Source: Candidatus Freyarchaeum deiterrae
GTDB taxonomy: Archaea; Asgardarchaeota; Jordiarchaeia; Jordiarchaeales; Jordiarchaeaceae
Direction of reading: 5' to 3'
Assembly (NCBI GenBank): GCA_037305845.1
Contig: CP147778.1
Coordinates: 928,001-992,000, forward strand
Length of the DNA: 64,000 bases
The notes beneath the pieces were generated by a model. It did not search any database. It was not told the DNA's origin and worked only from the letters and a program-made list of their open reading frames with translations. The position numbers and the translations under genes were made by a program. Each line of letters starts with the position of its first letter. Positions within the stretch are counted from its first letter, which is position 1. This document shows positions 42,252 to 53,134 of this stretch, one piece after another.

Positions 42252-43241
42252 ATGCCCAACCTAAAATTCGTTATTCCAAAAGGGTCCCTGCAGGAGGAAA
42301 CCCAAAAGCTTCTACAACAAGCCGGATATAGTATCAAAGCCGCTGAACGCTCTTACCGCCCCTGGATAAATGACCCAGAGATTAGCCTTAAGCTACTCAG
42401 GCCACAGGAGATACCAACCCTAGTTCAAGAGGGAGCACATGAATTGGGAATAGCAGGAATGGACTGGGTTGATGAAACTAGCGCGGATGTCCAGTTAATT
42501 TCAGAATTAGACTATGGTAAGGTCAGTATAGTACTAGCAGTACCAAATTTCTGGGAAAACATAAAGTCCCTATCAGATCTTATCAGGGATTACAACAGAG
42601 AAGGAAAAACCATTCGAATCACAACAGAGTACATAAACATAACCTCGAGATACGTAATGCAAAATGAGGAGTATCAGAAATGTTATGGAAATAAAACTCC
42701 TGAGATTATAACACCCTGGTATCGATACGGGGAAAACCCGAATGTTAAGATTTCGCTCTCTTTCGGCGCAACTGAGGCAAAACCTCCGGAAGACGCTGAT
42801 GCCATAGTGGACAACACTGAAACAGGCACCACTATAAAAAGTAACGAGCTCAAGATAATCGAAGTTCTCTCAGAATCACAGGCAGTTCTCATAGCAAATA
42901 AGAAAGCCATAAAAGAAAAATGGAAAGAGGAAAAAATCCGCGATGTGATGACCCTTCTATTGGGAGCGGTCGAGGCCAGGAAAAAGTTACACATTTTCAT
43001 GAACGTTAAAGAAGAAAACATCGAACAACTTTTAGAGCAACTACCCGCCCTAAAACGCCCAACCATCTCACCACTAGCAGGAGTCAAAGGATGGTTCGCA
43101 TTAAACACAATAATAGCCAAAGAAGATCTACTGAAACTCATCCCAGTTTTAAGAAAATTAGCACAAGGAATTGTTATCTACGAGCCAAAAGGAGTTCTAC
43201 CACTGGAAGAAATAAGGAACAAAAAGTTTAGAGAACCCTAA
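42252..43241 (+). CDS. hisG: ATP phosphoribosyltransferase (long form)
   Basis: PKGSL, RPQEIP, GATEA, DAIVDNTETGTT, PTISPL. Confidence 0.95.
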   Translation: MPNLKFVIPKGSLQEETQKLLQQAGYSIKAAERSYRPWINDPEISLKLLRPQEIPTLVQEGAHELGIAGMDWVDETSADVQLISELDYGKVSIVLAVPNFWENIKSLSDLIRDYNREGKTIRITTEYINITSRYVMQNEEYQKCYGNKTPEIITPWYRYGENPNVKISLSFGATEAKPPEDADAIVDNTETGTTIKSNELKIIEVLSESQAVLIANKKAIKEKWKEEKIRDVMTLLLGAVEARKKLHIFMNVKEENIEQLLEQLPALKRPTISPLAGVKGWFALNTIIAKEDLLKLIPVLRKLAQGIVIYEPKGVLPLEEIRNKKFREP

Positions 43242-43305
43242 GAATAGGTATCACACTGAAGAGACAATGATGGTATTTTACCGAGACTTTTGGAACTGGC
43301 GGAGT

Positions 43306-44253
43306 TTACATTTTGTTTTCTAGTTCTTGTATTTGTTTTTCTACTTCGTCCTTCTCTCTAATTTTATCTTCCATTGTTTTTTCTTCTTCTGGTGAAGCAA
43401 AGCCTACTTGAATCGCGGTTTTAAGATCGTTTATTTCTCCAATAAGTTTTAATTTTTTCATTTTCAAGTTTGTTAATCGAATGTATGAGGGGAGTCTTTC
43501 CTTTTCGGGCAGCTTAATCTTTTTTTCCATGCGATCAATCATGTCTAGTCCGAGTTCTTTTAATATTTTCTCGTCTTCCGCGCTAACGAACCTATCGAGT
43601 TCCGACTCAGGTTCCTTACTTATCTCTTTTTCACTCGTACTTTCCTCCGCGCTTATCTCCGTGGGTTTTCCTGTTATGGGCGTTTCTTCAATTTTCACCG
43701 GCAATTTTATCAGGTCAAGTTGAGTTAAGATTGTCGGTGTTTTGATAATTATTTGTTCCTCTTTTGGCACTTCTATCTTTATAGTTTCAGCAGTTTCTGA
43801 AGCCACCTTGGGATGAGTAGCTTCTGCTGCTAATGGTTTTTCTCTGGCAATTTTTTCCAAGGGTTCAAGGGGTATTCTTGTTTCGGGTTTAATGATTTCG
43901 GGTGCTATAGTTTTTACGAGATCTAATATAGCTTCTACTACGTTCCCCATTTGCATTCGTAGAGATTTAACTTCACCCTCAAATTGGTTTTTAAGGCTTG
44001 AGACATCTTCTCTAATTGCTACTATTTTGGAATCTATATCCCCAATTTTTTCCAAAACATTCTCGGTTATAACCAAGGATTCAATACCTGGTTTATTTTT
44101 TATGCTGTTTTCTATTTCATTTATTTTATCAAATTTGGATTCCAGCAGCTCCATCCTCTCGAGTAGAGCAGTTAATTCCGGGGTTTTTTCAACCTCGCTC
44201 AACAATTCATCTATTTCATTTCTCAACTTGCTTAAGCGATCTCGGTTTTTCAT
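43306..44253 (-). CDS. Coiled-coil hypothetical protein
   Basis: Heptad-rich termini; GAGGTGG RBS. Confidence 0.7.
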   Translation of the reverse strand: MKNRDRLSKLRNEIDELLSEVEKTPELTALLERMELLESKFDKINEIENSIKNKPGIESLVITENVLEKIGDIDSKIVAIREDVSSLKNQFEGEVKSLRMQMGNVVEAILDLVKTIAPEIIKPETRIPLEPLEKIAREKPLAAEATHPKVASETAETIKIEVPKEEQIIIKTPTILTQLDLIKLPVKIEETPITGKPTEISAEESTSEKEISKEPESELDRFVSAEDEKILKELGLDMIDRMEKKIKLPEKERLPSYIRLTNLKMKKLKLIGEINDLKTAIQVGFASPEEEKTMEDKIREKDEVEKQIQELENKM

Positions 44254-44339
44254 TTAAACCACCTCAAAGGAGAACCGTCATTTAATTCGGGAAGGAATCA
44301 AGATTTAGCGGGCTTTAAATAGCCCCTTATAATTATATT

Positions 44340-44540
44340 TTGCGAGCGTAATGGACTTCGCCGTATACCACGACTGGAGGTCTCGCCAATCACCCCGTCC
44401 GCCCAAACGAAACCTCAGATAAGAGGTTCGGTGAACCATTTCCCGATTTTAATGGAATTAAATTGCTCCATGGCGAGCCCCTTCTATGAAGGCATCGATA
44501 GTTAACTCGCTACTATTCCGGCAGTTAGCTTGCTTGTGAA
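44340..44540 (-). ncRNA. Candidate ~200-nt structured ncRNA
   Basis: GC-enriched, ORF-free, multiple hairpins; TATA-like TATTTATAAA at 44561-44570 on the minus strand. Confidence 0.55.
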
Positions 44541-44691
44541 TATATATTATTTTGGTTCTTTTTATAAATATTCTTTGTACTGTTTGTAATAAAAAAATGA
44601 AAAATTGCGATTATCGCATCTTAAATGTAGAAAAATTAAAAAGATTTGAAAGAGACTTATAAACGTGTAATAAATTATAGGGGTTTAAAGT

Positions 44692-45585
44692 TTGGTATTG
44701 AAAACCGTTAACAGTAAAGACCTAGAATCTGGAAGCGACAAATCCAGTATTGATGCGCAAGGCAGTATATATAGTAAATTTGATTCGGAGCAACTGAATT
44801 TAATAAACGAGCTCTCCCCTGTGAGAGAGAGTGTTATAAAGTCTGTGGCAAACAGATTCCCAATGAAAGGCTTAGACACAATAATAAAACAAGCTTTCGA
44901 CGAGGCTGTGGCTAAAAACCAAGAGGAGATTAAGAAATATTTTTCAAAGACATTTTCCGGTAAGCCTCAAAAACCACAAAAAGAAGAGAGACTCGACAAC
45001 CAATCAAAAAACGATAAAGCATCTAGTGAGGAGCCCAAAAAGCTTCATGAACCAGAATTGAAAAAACCTGTAGACAATTTAAATGCATCAAAAAACCCAA
45101 ATAGAACTGATGGTTCACCCCAAGAAACCACGAAAAGTAAAAGCTCTAATTTAATGGTAGAGGATTACCAAAAAAAGGTTGAGCAACTTATCCTAGAGAT
45201 AAAGGTGCGTGACAAGAAGTTAAAAGAGAACGAAGAGCATATGGGCACGCTTAAGAACCGATTAGAACTTCTTGAGCAACAAAACCTGCCCCCCTTTATG
45301 GAGGATTTGAAATTAGAAAATGAATGCGATAAGGGAGATATTGAACAACTACAGAACCAGGTTAAATATTGGGAAATAATGTGGCAAAAAATGAGAACCT
45401 TTTTTAAGGAAGATCCTAAATTTAAAACCTTATTTATACTGCAACGCCTAGGAAGTATCAGCATCAAAAACTTATCCCAAGCTTTAAATCTCGACTCAAA
45501 CCAAATAGAACCGCTTCTACGAGAAATGCAAAAATCAAATTGTATCATATTAAATGGCGACACACTCAGCATAAAAACCGATTAG
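44692..45585 (+). CDS. Coiled-coil protein with C-terminal winged helix
   Basis: ISIKNLSQAL...LLREMQKSNCI. Confidence 0.65.
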   Translation: MVLKTVNSKDLESGSDKSSIDAQGSIYSKFDSEQLNLINELSPVRESVIKSVANRFPMKGLDTIIKQAFDEAVAKNQEEIKKYFSKTFSGKPQKPQKEERLDNQSKNDKASSEEPKKLHEPELKKPVDNLNASKNPNRTDGSPQETTKSKSSNLMVEDYQKKVEQLILEIKVRDKKLKENEEHMGTLKNRLELLEQQNLPPFMEDLKLENECDKGDIEQLQNQVKYWEIMWQKMRTFFKEDPKFKTLFILQRLGSISIKNLSQALNLDSNQIEPLLREMQKSNCIILNGDTLSIKTD

Positions 45586-45684
45586 TAAAAACAGTATTGC
45601 TGCACTCAAATTATCTCTCTGTAATTCGCAATATTATGAGAGGGGGTTAGCACTTCCAAATATCATTACTCGCTAATCTATTTT

Positions 45685-46449
45685 TCAATTAGGTTTTCTC
45701 AAGTTTAAATTGAAAAAAGATATCGCGTTTTCGAACAATTCCTGTTCCACCTTTTTTTCGTTATATCGCTTAATGTCAGCAATTTTTTGAACTATAGTTG
45801 AGCAATCCTTTGGTTCCCCTCTTATTTTATTATACTCCACTGGTCCGTCGGATTCGCTCAACAGATGATCTAAATTGGCCTTTTCAGCCACATATTGTAC
45901 TTTTTTAGAGTAAGCGACTGCAGGTGTGATTGAAAAGTAGTAACCCTTTTTTATACCTATGTCAATCAAATCACTGGGACCCGTGTACCAGTGAATTAGT
46001 ATATTCTTCAGCTGGTACTCATCAAGTATTTTAAAAATAAGTCTCTCAGCTCCTTTTGTGTGGAGAATCACAGGGAGATTCAGCTCTTCTGAGATACTAA
46101 GCATTTCTCTAAAAATTTTTTCTTGCTGAGGGTAAAGCTCTTTATTCTTCACAAAAAAGTGATCCAAGCCAATCTCCCCAATAGCTACCAGATTCTCGGA
46201 ACTACTCCGCATTAATTCTATAGCTTTCTTCAAGTCTGTGTCGGTGGATTTGCCGCTTACCTCGGGGTGTAAACCTAAGCTTGGGAAAATAAAGCCAGAG
46301 TAACTTTTTGAGATATCCAAAATCATTTCCATGGATTTAACGTCCATGGAAACGGCTACGACCGCAACTATGCCAATTCTCTTTGCATTAGCAACTATAT
46401 CCTTCAAATCGGGATACAGGTCAACATGGCAATGAACATCAACAAACAA
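45685..46449 (-). CDS. tatD: TatD-family nuclease
   Basis: DVHCH, GLHP, GEIGLD, ILHT, HWY, ESDGP. Confidence 0.93.
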   Translation of the reverse strand: MFVDVHCHVDLYPDLKDIVANAKRIGIVAVVAVSMDVKSMEMILDISKSYSGFIFPSLGLHPEVSGKSTDTDLKKAIELMRSSSENLVAIGEIGLDHFFVKNKELYPQQEKIFREMLSISEELNLPVILHTKGAERLIFKILDEYQLKNILIHWYTGPSDLIDIGIKKGYYFSITPAVAYSKKVQYVAEKANLDHLLSESDGPVEYNKIRGEPKDCSTIVQKIADIKRYNEKKVEQELFENAISFFNLNLRKPN

Positions 46450-46597
46450 AGAACCACCGCCATTTATTCTGGGAGTACCTGTTTCTTAACAAGAATTTGG
46501 TTTCTAAAATTGTCATTGTAGTGAATTTAAGTGAATTGCCTTTTCATACATCTTACTTTCAATTTTGAATAAAAAGGTTTATAGTTTTGAAATATAA

Positions 46598-47176
46598 GTG
46601 ACTAATAGGAGAGAGATTGATTTGTCTTCGGTCAGGGGATACAAACCTAATTGGGAAAATTTAATAGAGAAATTTAATTCTTTTCTGGATTTAAATTTTC
46701 GACATGAAGCAGTGACGCAGCTTCAAGAATCCATTGACCGCTTATCGCGTAGTTATAAGGAAGCCTGGGAGAAGTTTTCCAAAAGCAATGTAAAGGCAAG
46801 CATGGAGAATGTCAGGAAATTTTTTGAGAAAACCAATGAGGGAGAGAGACTAAAAACCATTTCACTGCTCTTTGTTATTACATTAATAAGTGGCTTAATT
46901 ACCGCAATTGCTCTTCGTTTTCTTCTAATCCCGAACCTAGTATTCGCCGGATATTCTATTGCGCCAGCCACGGGAATCTATGGAGCGATATTTGCCCTTT
47001 ACTTCATTGGAGCATATTTTGTGTACCATTACTTTACTACCAAAACCTGGAAACAATCTTTGAAAAGAAATAAAGAATTGGCAATAGTGAAATTAAAAAA
47101 AGAAATCGAAAATATAAGGTTATACATAACATACTTGAGTGAATTCTCTAAGAAGGTTTCACCAAGGGCTATCTAA
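46598..47176 (+). CDS. Two-TM membrane protein
   Basis: Two hydrophobic segments between helical regions. Confidence 0.65.
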   Translation: MTNRREIDLSSVRGYKPNWENLIEKFNSFLDLNFRHEAVTQLQESIDRLSRSYKEAWEKFSKSNVKASMENVRKFFEKTNEGERLKTISLLFVITLISGLITAIALRFLLIPNLVFAGYSIAPATGIYGAIFALYFIGAYFVYHYFTTKTWKQSLKRNKELAIVKLKKEIENIRLYITYLSEFSKKVSPRAI

Positions 47177-47490
47177 AAAAGGCTTAAGAATCGTAGTCAC
47201 CTAAATTCCCTAAAACAAATAACCAATAATTAAGAAGAGAGACAGCAAAACAAGAGCCAAGTCGAAGGGAAAACCAACCGAGTAAAAGCCAGCAGTAGAT
47301 TAAAATCCATATTCCTCACAAAAGGATAGAGCATTTTTCAATCTTAATTCTGCTTTTAAGAAACATGCTTTTAAGTTTCGAATGATTTAACTGCCCAGTA
47401 TTATTATCGGTTAAATGTCGCAATCAACACAAATAATAAGTCCGAGAGGATTATTTTTTAATTAGAGTTATTATTATTACTGAAAGCAGA

Positions 47491-48333
47491 GTGGTGATGG
47501 TTTTGCCTACTTGTCCGAGATGTGGCCAAATAACAGAAGACTGGTTTGTTTACTGCAAATATTGCGGCTTTCCGATAAAGCAGGAATCAGAGAAACCCCA
47601 AAAACCAGTAGCAATAAGAGTAGAAGTAGACGAGCCTGAAAAACCAATTGCAACCAGAAAAATAAGAGAAGCCCCCAAAGTCGAGAAAAAGGAAGCAAAA
47701 CTAGAAGTAAAAAAACCAGTTGAGGTTGAAAAAATCCCTGAGGATGTTAAAAGAAACCTTATAGGAAGAGGCAAAACCTACCTCATTGAGACCCGCTTAA
47801 GGAAGCTAAACAGGGATTACGAAACCCTAAAAACACGACAACTCGTAGGAGAAATTACAGAAGAGGAGCTAGAGAAGAGATCAGAACCATTATGGCAGGA
47901 AATAAACGACATCAAAAAAACCTTAGGGGAAATGGGTGCTACAGAACAACTAGATGTCGAAGTACTATTAGCTGAAAAAGAAACACAAGTTGAGAGGAAA
48001 AAGAAACTAGAAGAGCTACTATTAAAGGGAGAGATCAGGGAAACAATCTATCAAAAACTGGTCTCAGAGTACGACGAGAAACTAAAACAGGCTCAGAAAA
48101 AGTTGAAAGATGGTGTCCAACAGATGGAGAAATGGTTTGTCTCACTTGAGGCAGAAAGACAAGGGTTTTTAGATCAGCAAGAAATGTTGATGGCTAAAAT
48201 GAAAATAGGAGACCTACCAGTGAAAGAATACGAAACCCAAAAGAAAGAACTGGAAACAAAAATAAAGGACAATGAACTCGCCTGCCAATTTCTAGAAGGG
48301 GTAATAGAAAGATTCAAAGTTACCCAAGAATAA
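47491..48333 (+). CDS. Zn-ribbon plus CdvA-like/SHOCT-like coiled-coil protein
   Basis: CPRCG...CKYCG; LVGEITEEE, LKGEIRETIY, IGDLPVKEY. Confidence 0.6.
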   Translation: MVMVLPTCPRCGQITEDWFVYCKYCGFPIKQESEKPQKPVAIRVEVDEPEKPIATRKIREAPKVEKKEAKLEVKKPVEVEKIPEDVKRNLIGRGKTYLIETRLRKLNRDYETLKTRQLVGEITEEELEKRSEPLWQEINDIKKTLGEMGATEQLDVEVLLAEKETQVERKKKLEELLLKGEIRETIYQKLVSEYDEKLKQAQKKLKDGVQQMEKWFVSLEAERQGFLDQQEMLMAKMKIGDLPVKEYETQKKELETKIKDNELACQFLEGVIERFKVTQE

Positions 48334-48696
48334 ATAAAAACCTCATTTTTAACCATAGAATAATTTGTCAAATACAAAAAGTAGATCTGTTTATTTTTTA
48401 ACTATTTTTTCATAAAAGGTACAAGAAACTAAATACCTTTAAGGAAATAACAAGTAAATTAAAGAAAAGTAAAAAATTACCCCGAAAACTAAAAGCCTCT
48501 TTAATTTTTATAAAAAACATCTTTTCCAAGTTGAAAAGACATAAATAACGCGTAAATAAATATAATTGCATACAATTCTTGAAAATTAATACACATAGGG
48601 GATAATAAAAAGTTCTCAAAATATCTCAATCTAGAAACTAGTCAGATACAAAAAATAGAGGAAGTCTAAAATTAATCAAAGACTTTTCAAAATAAA

Positions 48697-51600
48697 ATGG
48701 GAGAAGATTCCATGGATAGAAAGAAAAAAGCTATCATCGTATCCACTTTGTTCATACTCTCTATTTTCCTCTTGGTAACATTGATTCCAAAATTCTCATA
48801 CACACCTACACTACCAGTATCATCATCATCAATAGCAGCTAAGGCGGACCCCAACAGTCCGACTTATCCCTACTGGTGGAATACTAGTTATGCATACAGG
48901 CAGGAAATCGTCTTCAATAACACCGCCAGTCCCTACGCAGTGGTAAATGATCCAGTTGATGTTTTCATGAGTTTCGCAAACGGAAGATGCAATAATGGTA
49001 CAGTAAGGGTGCAGTATTGGAACAGCAGCAGTCTAATTTGGAGTCCAGGTGGCTCAAGCGGAATCCCATACCAAATCTGGAATGCCACAACTAATGGAAC
49101 CTTTTACCTCAGCTTTACAATAACTTTCTACATCAACGTATCTGCAGCCAGCTCGGCCTCGTACTTCGTCTACTATGATAGTGGTTCTGGAACTACGCCT
49201 AGTTTTCCATCACAAGTCAGTTATAGTGGTAGTGCGGGAAATTGGGTTTTTCAGGGACAGAATTATAATGCAAGTGTTAATCCATCCATCGATGGAGGAA
49301 AGGTATACGCTAGTTATAATAATGTCAACGGTTCAAATCTGTGGTCGTACGACAGTCAATTCGACTGGGACCCTGAGTACGATATCCAAGGCGTAACAGC
49401 AACTTCCTTTTTTGGTTTTATAGTTTCACCTTCGGCTTTTACGTGGAGATGGAGTAGTTCAGGTCCCGCCACTAGCCATGTAGACCCAGGACAGGGACAG
49501 CAAGGACCACTATTCGTTACGTTTAAAACAGGCACCGACCTTAATGGAACAAACTCCGGCTATGGACCTACTAATATTGGTTATGCGAACGTCACCTACA
49601 GGTTCTTCCAATGGGGATGGACTGCCGAAACCAGTATAAACATAACTTACAGTTTCACTTACGGCCAATATAGTCCACCATCGGGTTTTATTAGTACTGT
49701 CTACAGATTCGATACTGGAACTTTTATTGGAAACAGTTGGAGGTTTAATCCTCAACTTGGCAAAGCAGTTTACAAGAGCGGTTCTGGAAATAATCTTATA
49801 TCACCCTTTATCAGCACTTACGGTATTGGGCAACCGTTTTGGTTCGCCATTTATGATAATAGCACTGGTCGAGCAGCAGGAGTCGTTGACCTAAGGATGC
49901 CCGCGGTTAGCCGTGGTGCAAGCACTTGGAGCTATGTACTAACTGGTATCGGTAGCAATCCAGAACAGTGGCAGAGGCAATGGGGCAATCTTAATCTAAC
50001 GCGTTCTGACTATGAAAACGAAAAATACGCGTTTTATTTATGGAACGCAGCTGGTGACATTCTAGATCCCTTCAGAAGCTTTGCAGACGGGGTGAGCGCT
50101 ACTGAAAGACAACAGTATCCTCTGGTGATTAGCAGTAATCCCGAGGAACATGTTCACTTTACTGTCCATGTTCAGGTAACTGACCACGACGGCAGCACTT
50201 TGGCGAATGCAATTGTAGGCGTCAATAGCTCTAACATCACTAATAAGTTTACTGACCCTAGTGGTTCAGCAACATTCTATCTGGAACTGGGAACTTACAA
50301 CTTTAGCGCGGCTTGGAGTGGAACCACAAGTTACGAGAGTTATACAAGTTTCAATACAAGTACGATTAATACTCAAAACCAGAATGTTACCTTAGTATTC
50401 AGCAACATTACTACGTTATATTGCCGAACACAATTCCAAGATTCTAACCCGGTACAGAACAGCTACGTTAACATCACTAAAGCCTTAGGAGGGTCGTTTG
50501 TTGACAGCAGTCCTGTAAACTTAACAGGTTGGGCAGTGTTCCATGTGAACAGATCAAGCGTTTCAGGGAACTATACTATTAAAGCCTATTGGCAAAACAA
50601 CACACAGCTACAGGCAAACGAGAACCTTAATTATACAAATATATCTGTTGACAGTGTTACTTCAATCAATTTTACCGTTCCTCTTGGCGCTAACCTTATA
50701 GAAACTAGTATTATTGTCCCTGAAACTATCGTGAATCCTGCATGGGGAACGAATGTGCCTCTCAAAGTATACTGGAGGGATAGTTCGGGAAATAATCTCA
50801 GTACTTTAAATTCAAGTATCAGCGGATCCCTAAATTGGACTTTGAACTACGTTAATGGAACACTGGCACCTGGGGGTGCACCCACCCCTGTGTCCCCAAC
50901 AGTTAATGGCTCTGACATATACTATAACATAACGGTTCCTTCGTCGCTCCTCTTTGGAGGTGTAACGTATCAGGTTTACATAAATGCAACTGCTAATTCT
51001 TCCAGTCCTTACTTGCCTGCAGCTAATCAGACAATTATATCTGTTCAGAATGCTACTCTTAGCGTACTAGTGGCTCCGCTTACAGGTACTTACTTTTGGA
51101 AACATTCCGATGTCACTCTTTGGGCCTATGTTAATGATAGTATTACAGGTACGGCAATTACTTCCGCGACGGTCGCCTTTACCATAACTAACACAAGCTT
51201 CTCAGGGCAGTTAAGCGCTTCGTCTCAACCTGGAAATTACAGTTACACTATTCCCGCCAGTCTTATTCAAGCAAATCTCAATGCTCTTACATATACTGTG
51301 CAATTTGATGTTTCAAATACTAATTATAGTACACCTGATCCGACTTTTAGGCAGTTAGTTATTAATCCAGCACTAACAGTGCTTTCAGCTCCTACGGCGT
51401 TTCAGTGCTTTTACGGAGATTTGCTGAACATTTCTGTATCCTTTGTGGACTTGGCTAGTGGAACTCCAATTACTGATAGTAATCCTAGTACGACTGTTAG
51501 TTATTCCGTTTTGAATCAGGCTGTGGCTGGAAATCTTGTTTTCGATGGAAACGTTTCTAACAATTGGACTGGTACTTTACTCTCTACATTACTTGTGCCC

Positions 51601-52983
51601 GGCAACTATCTTTTACAGATAACTACTAGTAGTCCTAATTATAAGGGATCAACAAATACTCCTCAGCTTACTATTTCAGCGCTTTCCTTGAATATTATTT
51701 CCGTCGACCAAATTTTTGGTACAGTTAACGAGAATCTGACTTTGAGTGTTCAACTGAACAATACGCATCTTAACAGTTTCAATAATAATACATTTGTGTC
51801 AGGCGCCACTGTTTTGGGCAAAGTCTTTAATAGTTCAGGGACTCAAATAGTGCCAACAATAGATCTTGTTGAGACGGATCCTGTGAATAATCCTGGAAAT
51901 TATAGTGGTTCGTTGGTTCTATCACCTGATCAAATTCCTCCAGGTACTTATCGCTTAGAGATCGACGTGAGCATAACGAATTACGCTGTGGTTCCGAAAA
52001 ATATTGCTTTAATCGTTCAGGGTCTTCCAACTGTTTTATCCGCTTCCGAAGCGTATTTGTCGGATTTAAACGCTCCTGCGGTGATTTTATTCGGTAACTT
52101 TGGCATGACTGAAAATGATCTGCCTTTCGCGTTCTTTACTTTCAGTTTTCTGGACAGCAATGGGTCAGTGATTCCTAATGCTAATGTGTCTGCCAGCGGA
52201 GGCTACGTGGTTTCGCAAGGTAACGGCCAATATGCATTGATAGTTCCTACTTATGGTTTGCCATCCGGGGCCTACCCCATAGTGGTCACGGGGGATCCTA
52301 GTCTCTACGGGACTCAGCAGTCAGTCTTTCTACTGCAGATCAATGCGAGAACGGTTCTAATTCCATTTGCAAATGTTCGTGTGCCCTTAAGTCTGTTCTT
52401 GGTTGCGTTCTTCGCGGTAGCTATACCTGTTGTAGGGTTTACAAGTTACATGTACGTCAGGAGAGCTCGGATTCCTGTTATTATACGGAGAATCGACGAG
52501 TTGATAAGCGCTATGAACCGTGGAGTGAGAGTTGATGTGAGACTCATTCCGCGTGAGAAAGTGATATCCAGAATTCTAGGGGATGAAGTGAGTGTCATAG
52601 GTGTAGAACCCAGAGTTGAGGCGTATGTGCCTATTGAACTAGCGGATCGCTTGGTGCCTTTGCTGGTGGAGTCAGGAATGGGTGAGAAAGAAGCCTACGC
52701 TATGGTCGCGGAACTAAGGAAAGCCACTCCTACTAAACGCGAAAAATTGTTAGAATCAGTGGGAGTCCCAGAAGAAACAAGTGAAAGAGTGTTACAGACA
52801 ATCGAGAAAGAAGAAGAGAAAAGCGAACTGCTCAGAAAGCCTACCTGGGAAGTAAAAAAACCTAAGAAAGCCGCCAAGGCAGCAAAAGAAGAGACAGAAG
52901 AGATAGAAGAGACAGAGGAAACAGAAGAGAAAGAAGAGACAGAGGAAACAGAAGAGAAAGAGGATAAAGAAGAGAGAATATAG
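48697..52983 (+). CDS. Large cell-surface glycoprotein (DUF2341-like N-terminus, Ig-like repeats, C-terminal TM, acidic cytoplasmic tail)
   Basis: Signal anchor, WWNTSYAYRQEI, dense N-x-S/T sequons, late TM. Confidence 0.8.
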   Translation: MGEDSMDRKKKAIIVSTLFILSIFLLVTLIPKFSYTPTLPVSSSSIAAKADPNSPTYPYWWNTSYAYRQEIVFNNTASPYAVVNDPVDVFMSFANGRCNNGTVRVQYWNSSSLIWSPGGSSGIPYQIWNATTNGTFYLSFTITFYINVSAASSASYFVYYDSGSGTTPSFPSQVSYSGSAGNWVFQGQNYNASVNPSIDGGKVYASYNNVNGSNLWSYDSQFDWDPEYDIQGVTATSFFGFIVSPSAFTWRWSSSGPATSHVDPGQGQQGPLFVTFKTGTDLNGTNSGYGPTNIGYANVTYRFFQWGWTAETSINITYSFTYGQYSPPSGFISTVYRFDTGTFIGNSWRFNPQLGKAVYKSGSGNNLISPFISTYGIGQPFWFAIYDNSTGRAAGVVDLRMPAVSRGASTWSYVLTGIGSNPEQWQRQWGNLNLTRSDYENEKYAFYLWNAAGDILDPFRSFADGVSATERQQYPLVISSNPEEHVHFTVHVQVTDHDGSTLANAIVGVNSSNITNKFTDPSGSATFYLELGTYNFSAAWSGTTSYESYTSFNTSTINTQNQNVTLVFSNITTLYCRTQFQDSNPVQNSYVNITKALGGSFVDSSPVNLTGWAVFHVNRSSVSGNYTIKAYWQNNTQLQANENLNYTNISVDSVTSINFTVPLGANLIETSIIVPETIVNPAWGTNVPLKVYWRDSSGNNLSTLNSSISGSLNWTLNYVNGTLAPGGAPTPVSPTVNGSDIYYNITVPSSLLFGGVTYQVYINATANSSSPYLPAANQTIISVQNATLSVLVAPLTGTYFWKHSDVTLWAYVNDSITGTAITSATVAFTITNTSFSGQLSASSQPGNYSYTIPASLIQANLNALTYTVQFDVSNTNYSTPDPTFRQLVINPALTVLSAPTAFQCFYGDLLNISVSFVDLASGTPITDSNPSTTVSYSVLNQAVAGNLVFDGNVSNNWTGTLLSTLLVPGNYLLQITTSSPNYKGSTNTPQLTISALSLNIISVDQIFGTVNENLTLSVQLNNTHLNSFNNNTFVSGATVLGKVFNSSGTQIVPTIDLVETDPVNNPGNYSGSLVLSPDQIPPGTYRLEIDVSITNYAVVPKNIALIVQGLPTVLSASEAYLSDLNAPAVILFGNFGMTENDLPFAFFTFSFLDSNGSVIPNANVSASGGYVVSQGNGQYALIVPTYGLPSGAYPIVVTGDPSLYGTQQSVFLLQINARTVLIPFANVRVPLSLFLVAFFAVAIPVVGFTSYMYVRRARIPVIIRRIDELISAMNRGVRVDVRLIPREKVISRILGDEVSVIGVEPRVEAYVPIELADRLVPLLVESGMGEKEAYAMVAELRKATPTKREKLLESVGVPEETSERVLQTIEKEEEKSELLRKPTWEVKKPKKAAKAAKEETEEIEETEETEEKEETEETEEKEDKEERI
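52888..52980 (+). repeat. 9-nt-period coding repeat (EET/EEK) with an exact 27-nt duplication
   Basis: GAAGAGACAGAGGAAACAGAAGAGAAA at 52906 and 52933. Confidence 0.85.
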
Positions 52984-53134
52984 AGTTCAGGGAAACGGAT
53001 TTCATTCCAGAAATATAGAAATCAATTCATGAGTTAAGCCTCGTTCGGGGCTTTTCTATTTTTTATTTTTTTTGTGAAAAATCTTATTTTGGAGACATTT
53101 TTAATTACTTGAATAAGGCTATATTTCTATTTGC

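Noticed and set aside
44340-44540. RNase P/MRP (GAAGUCC, GAAGGGGCUC) or group I intron (AAAUCGGGAA) interpretation
   Set aside because: RNase P motifs are in reversed order with poor P4 pairing; group I P3/P7 cannot be built
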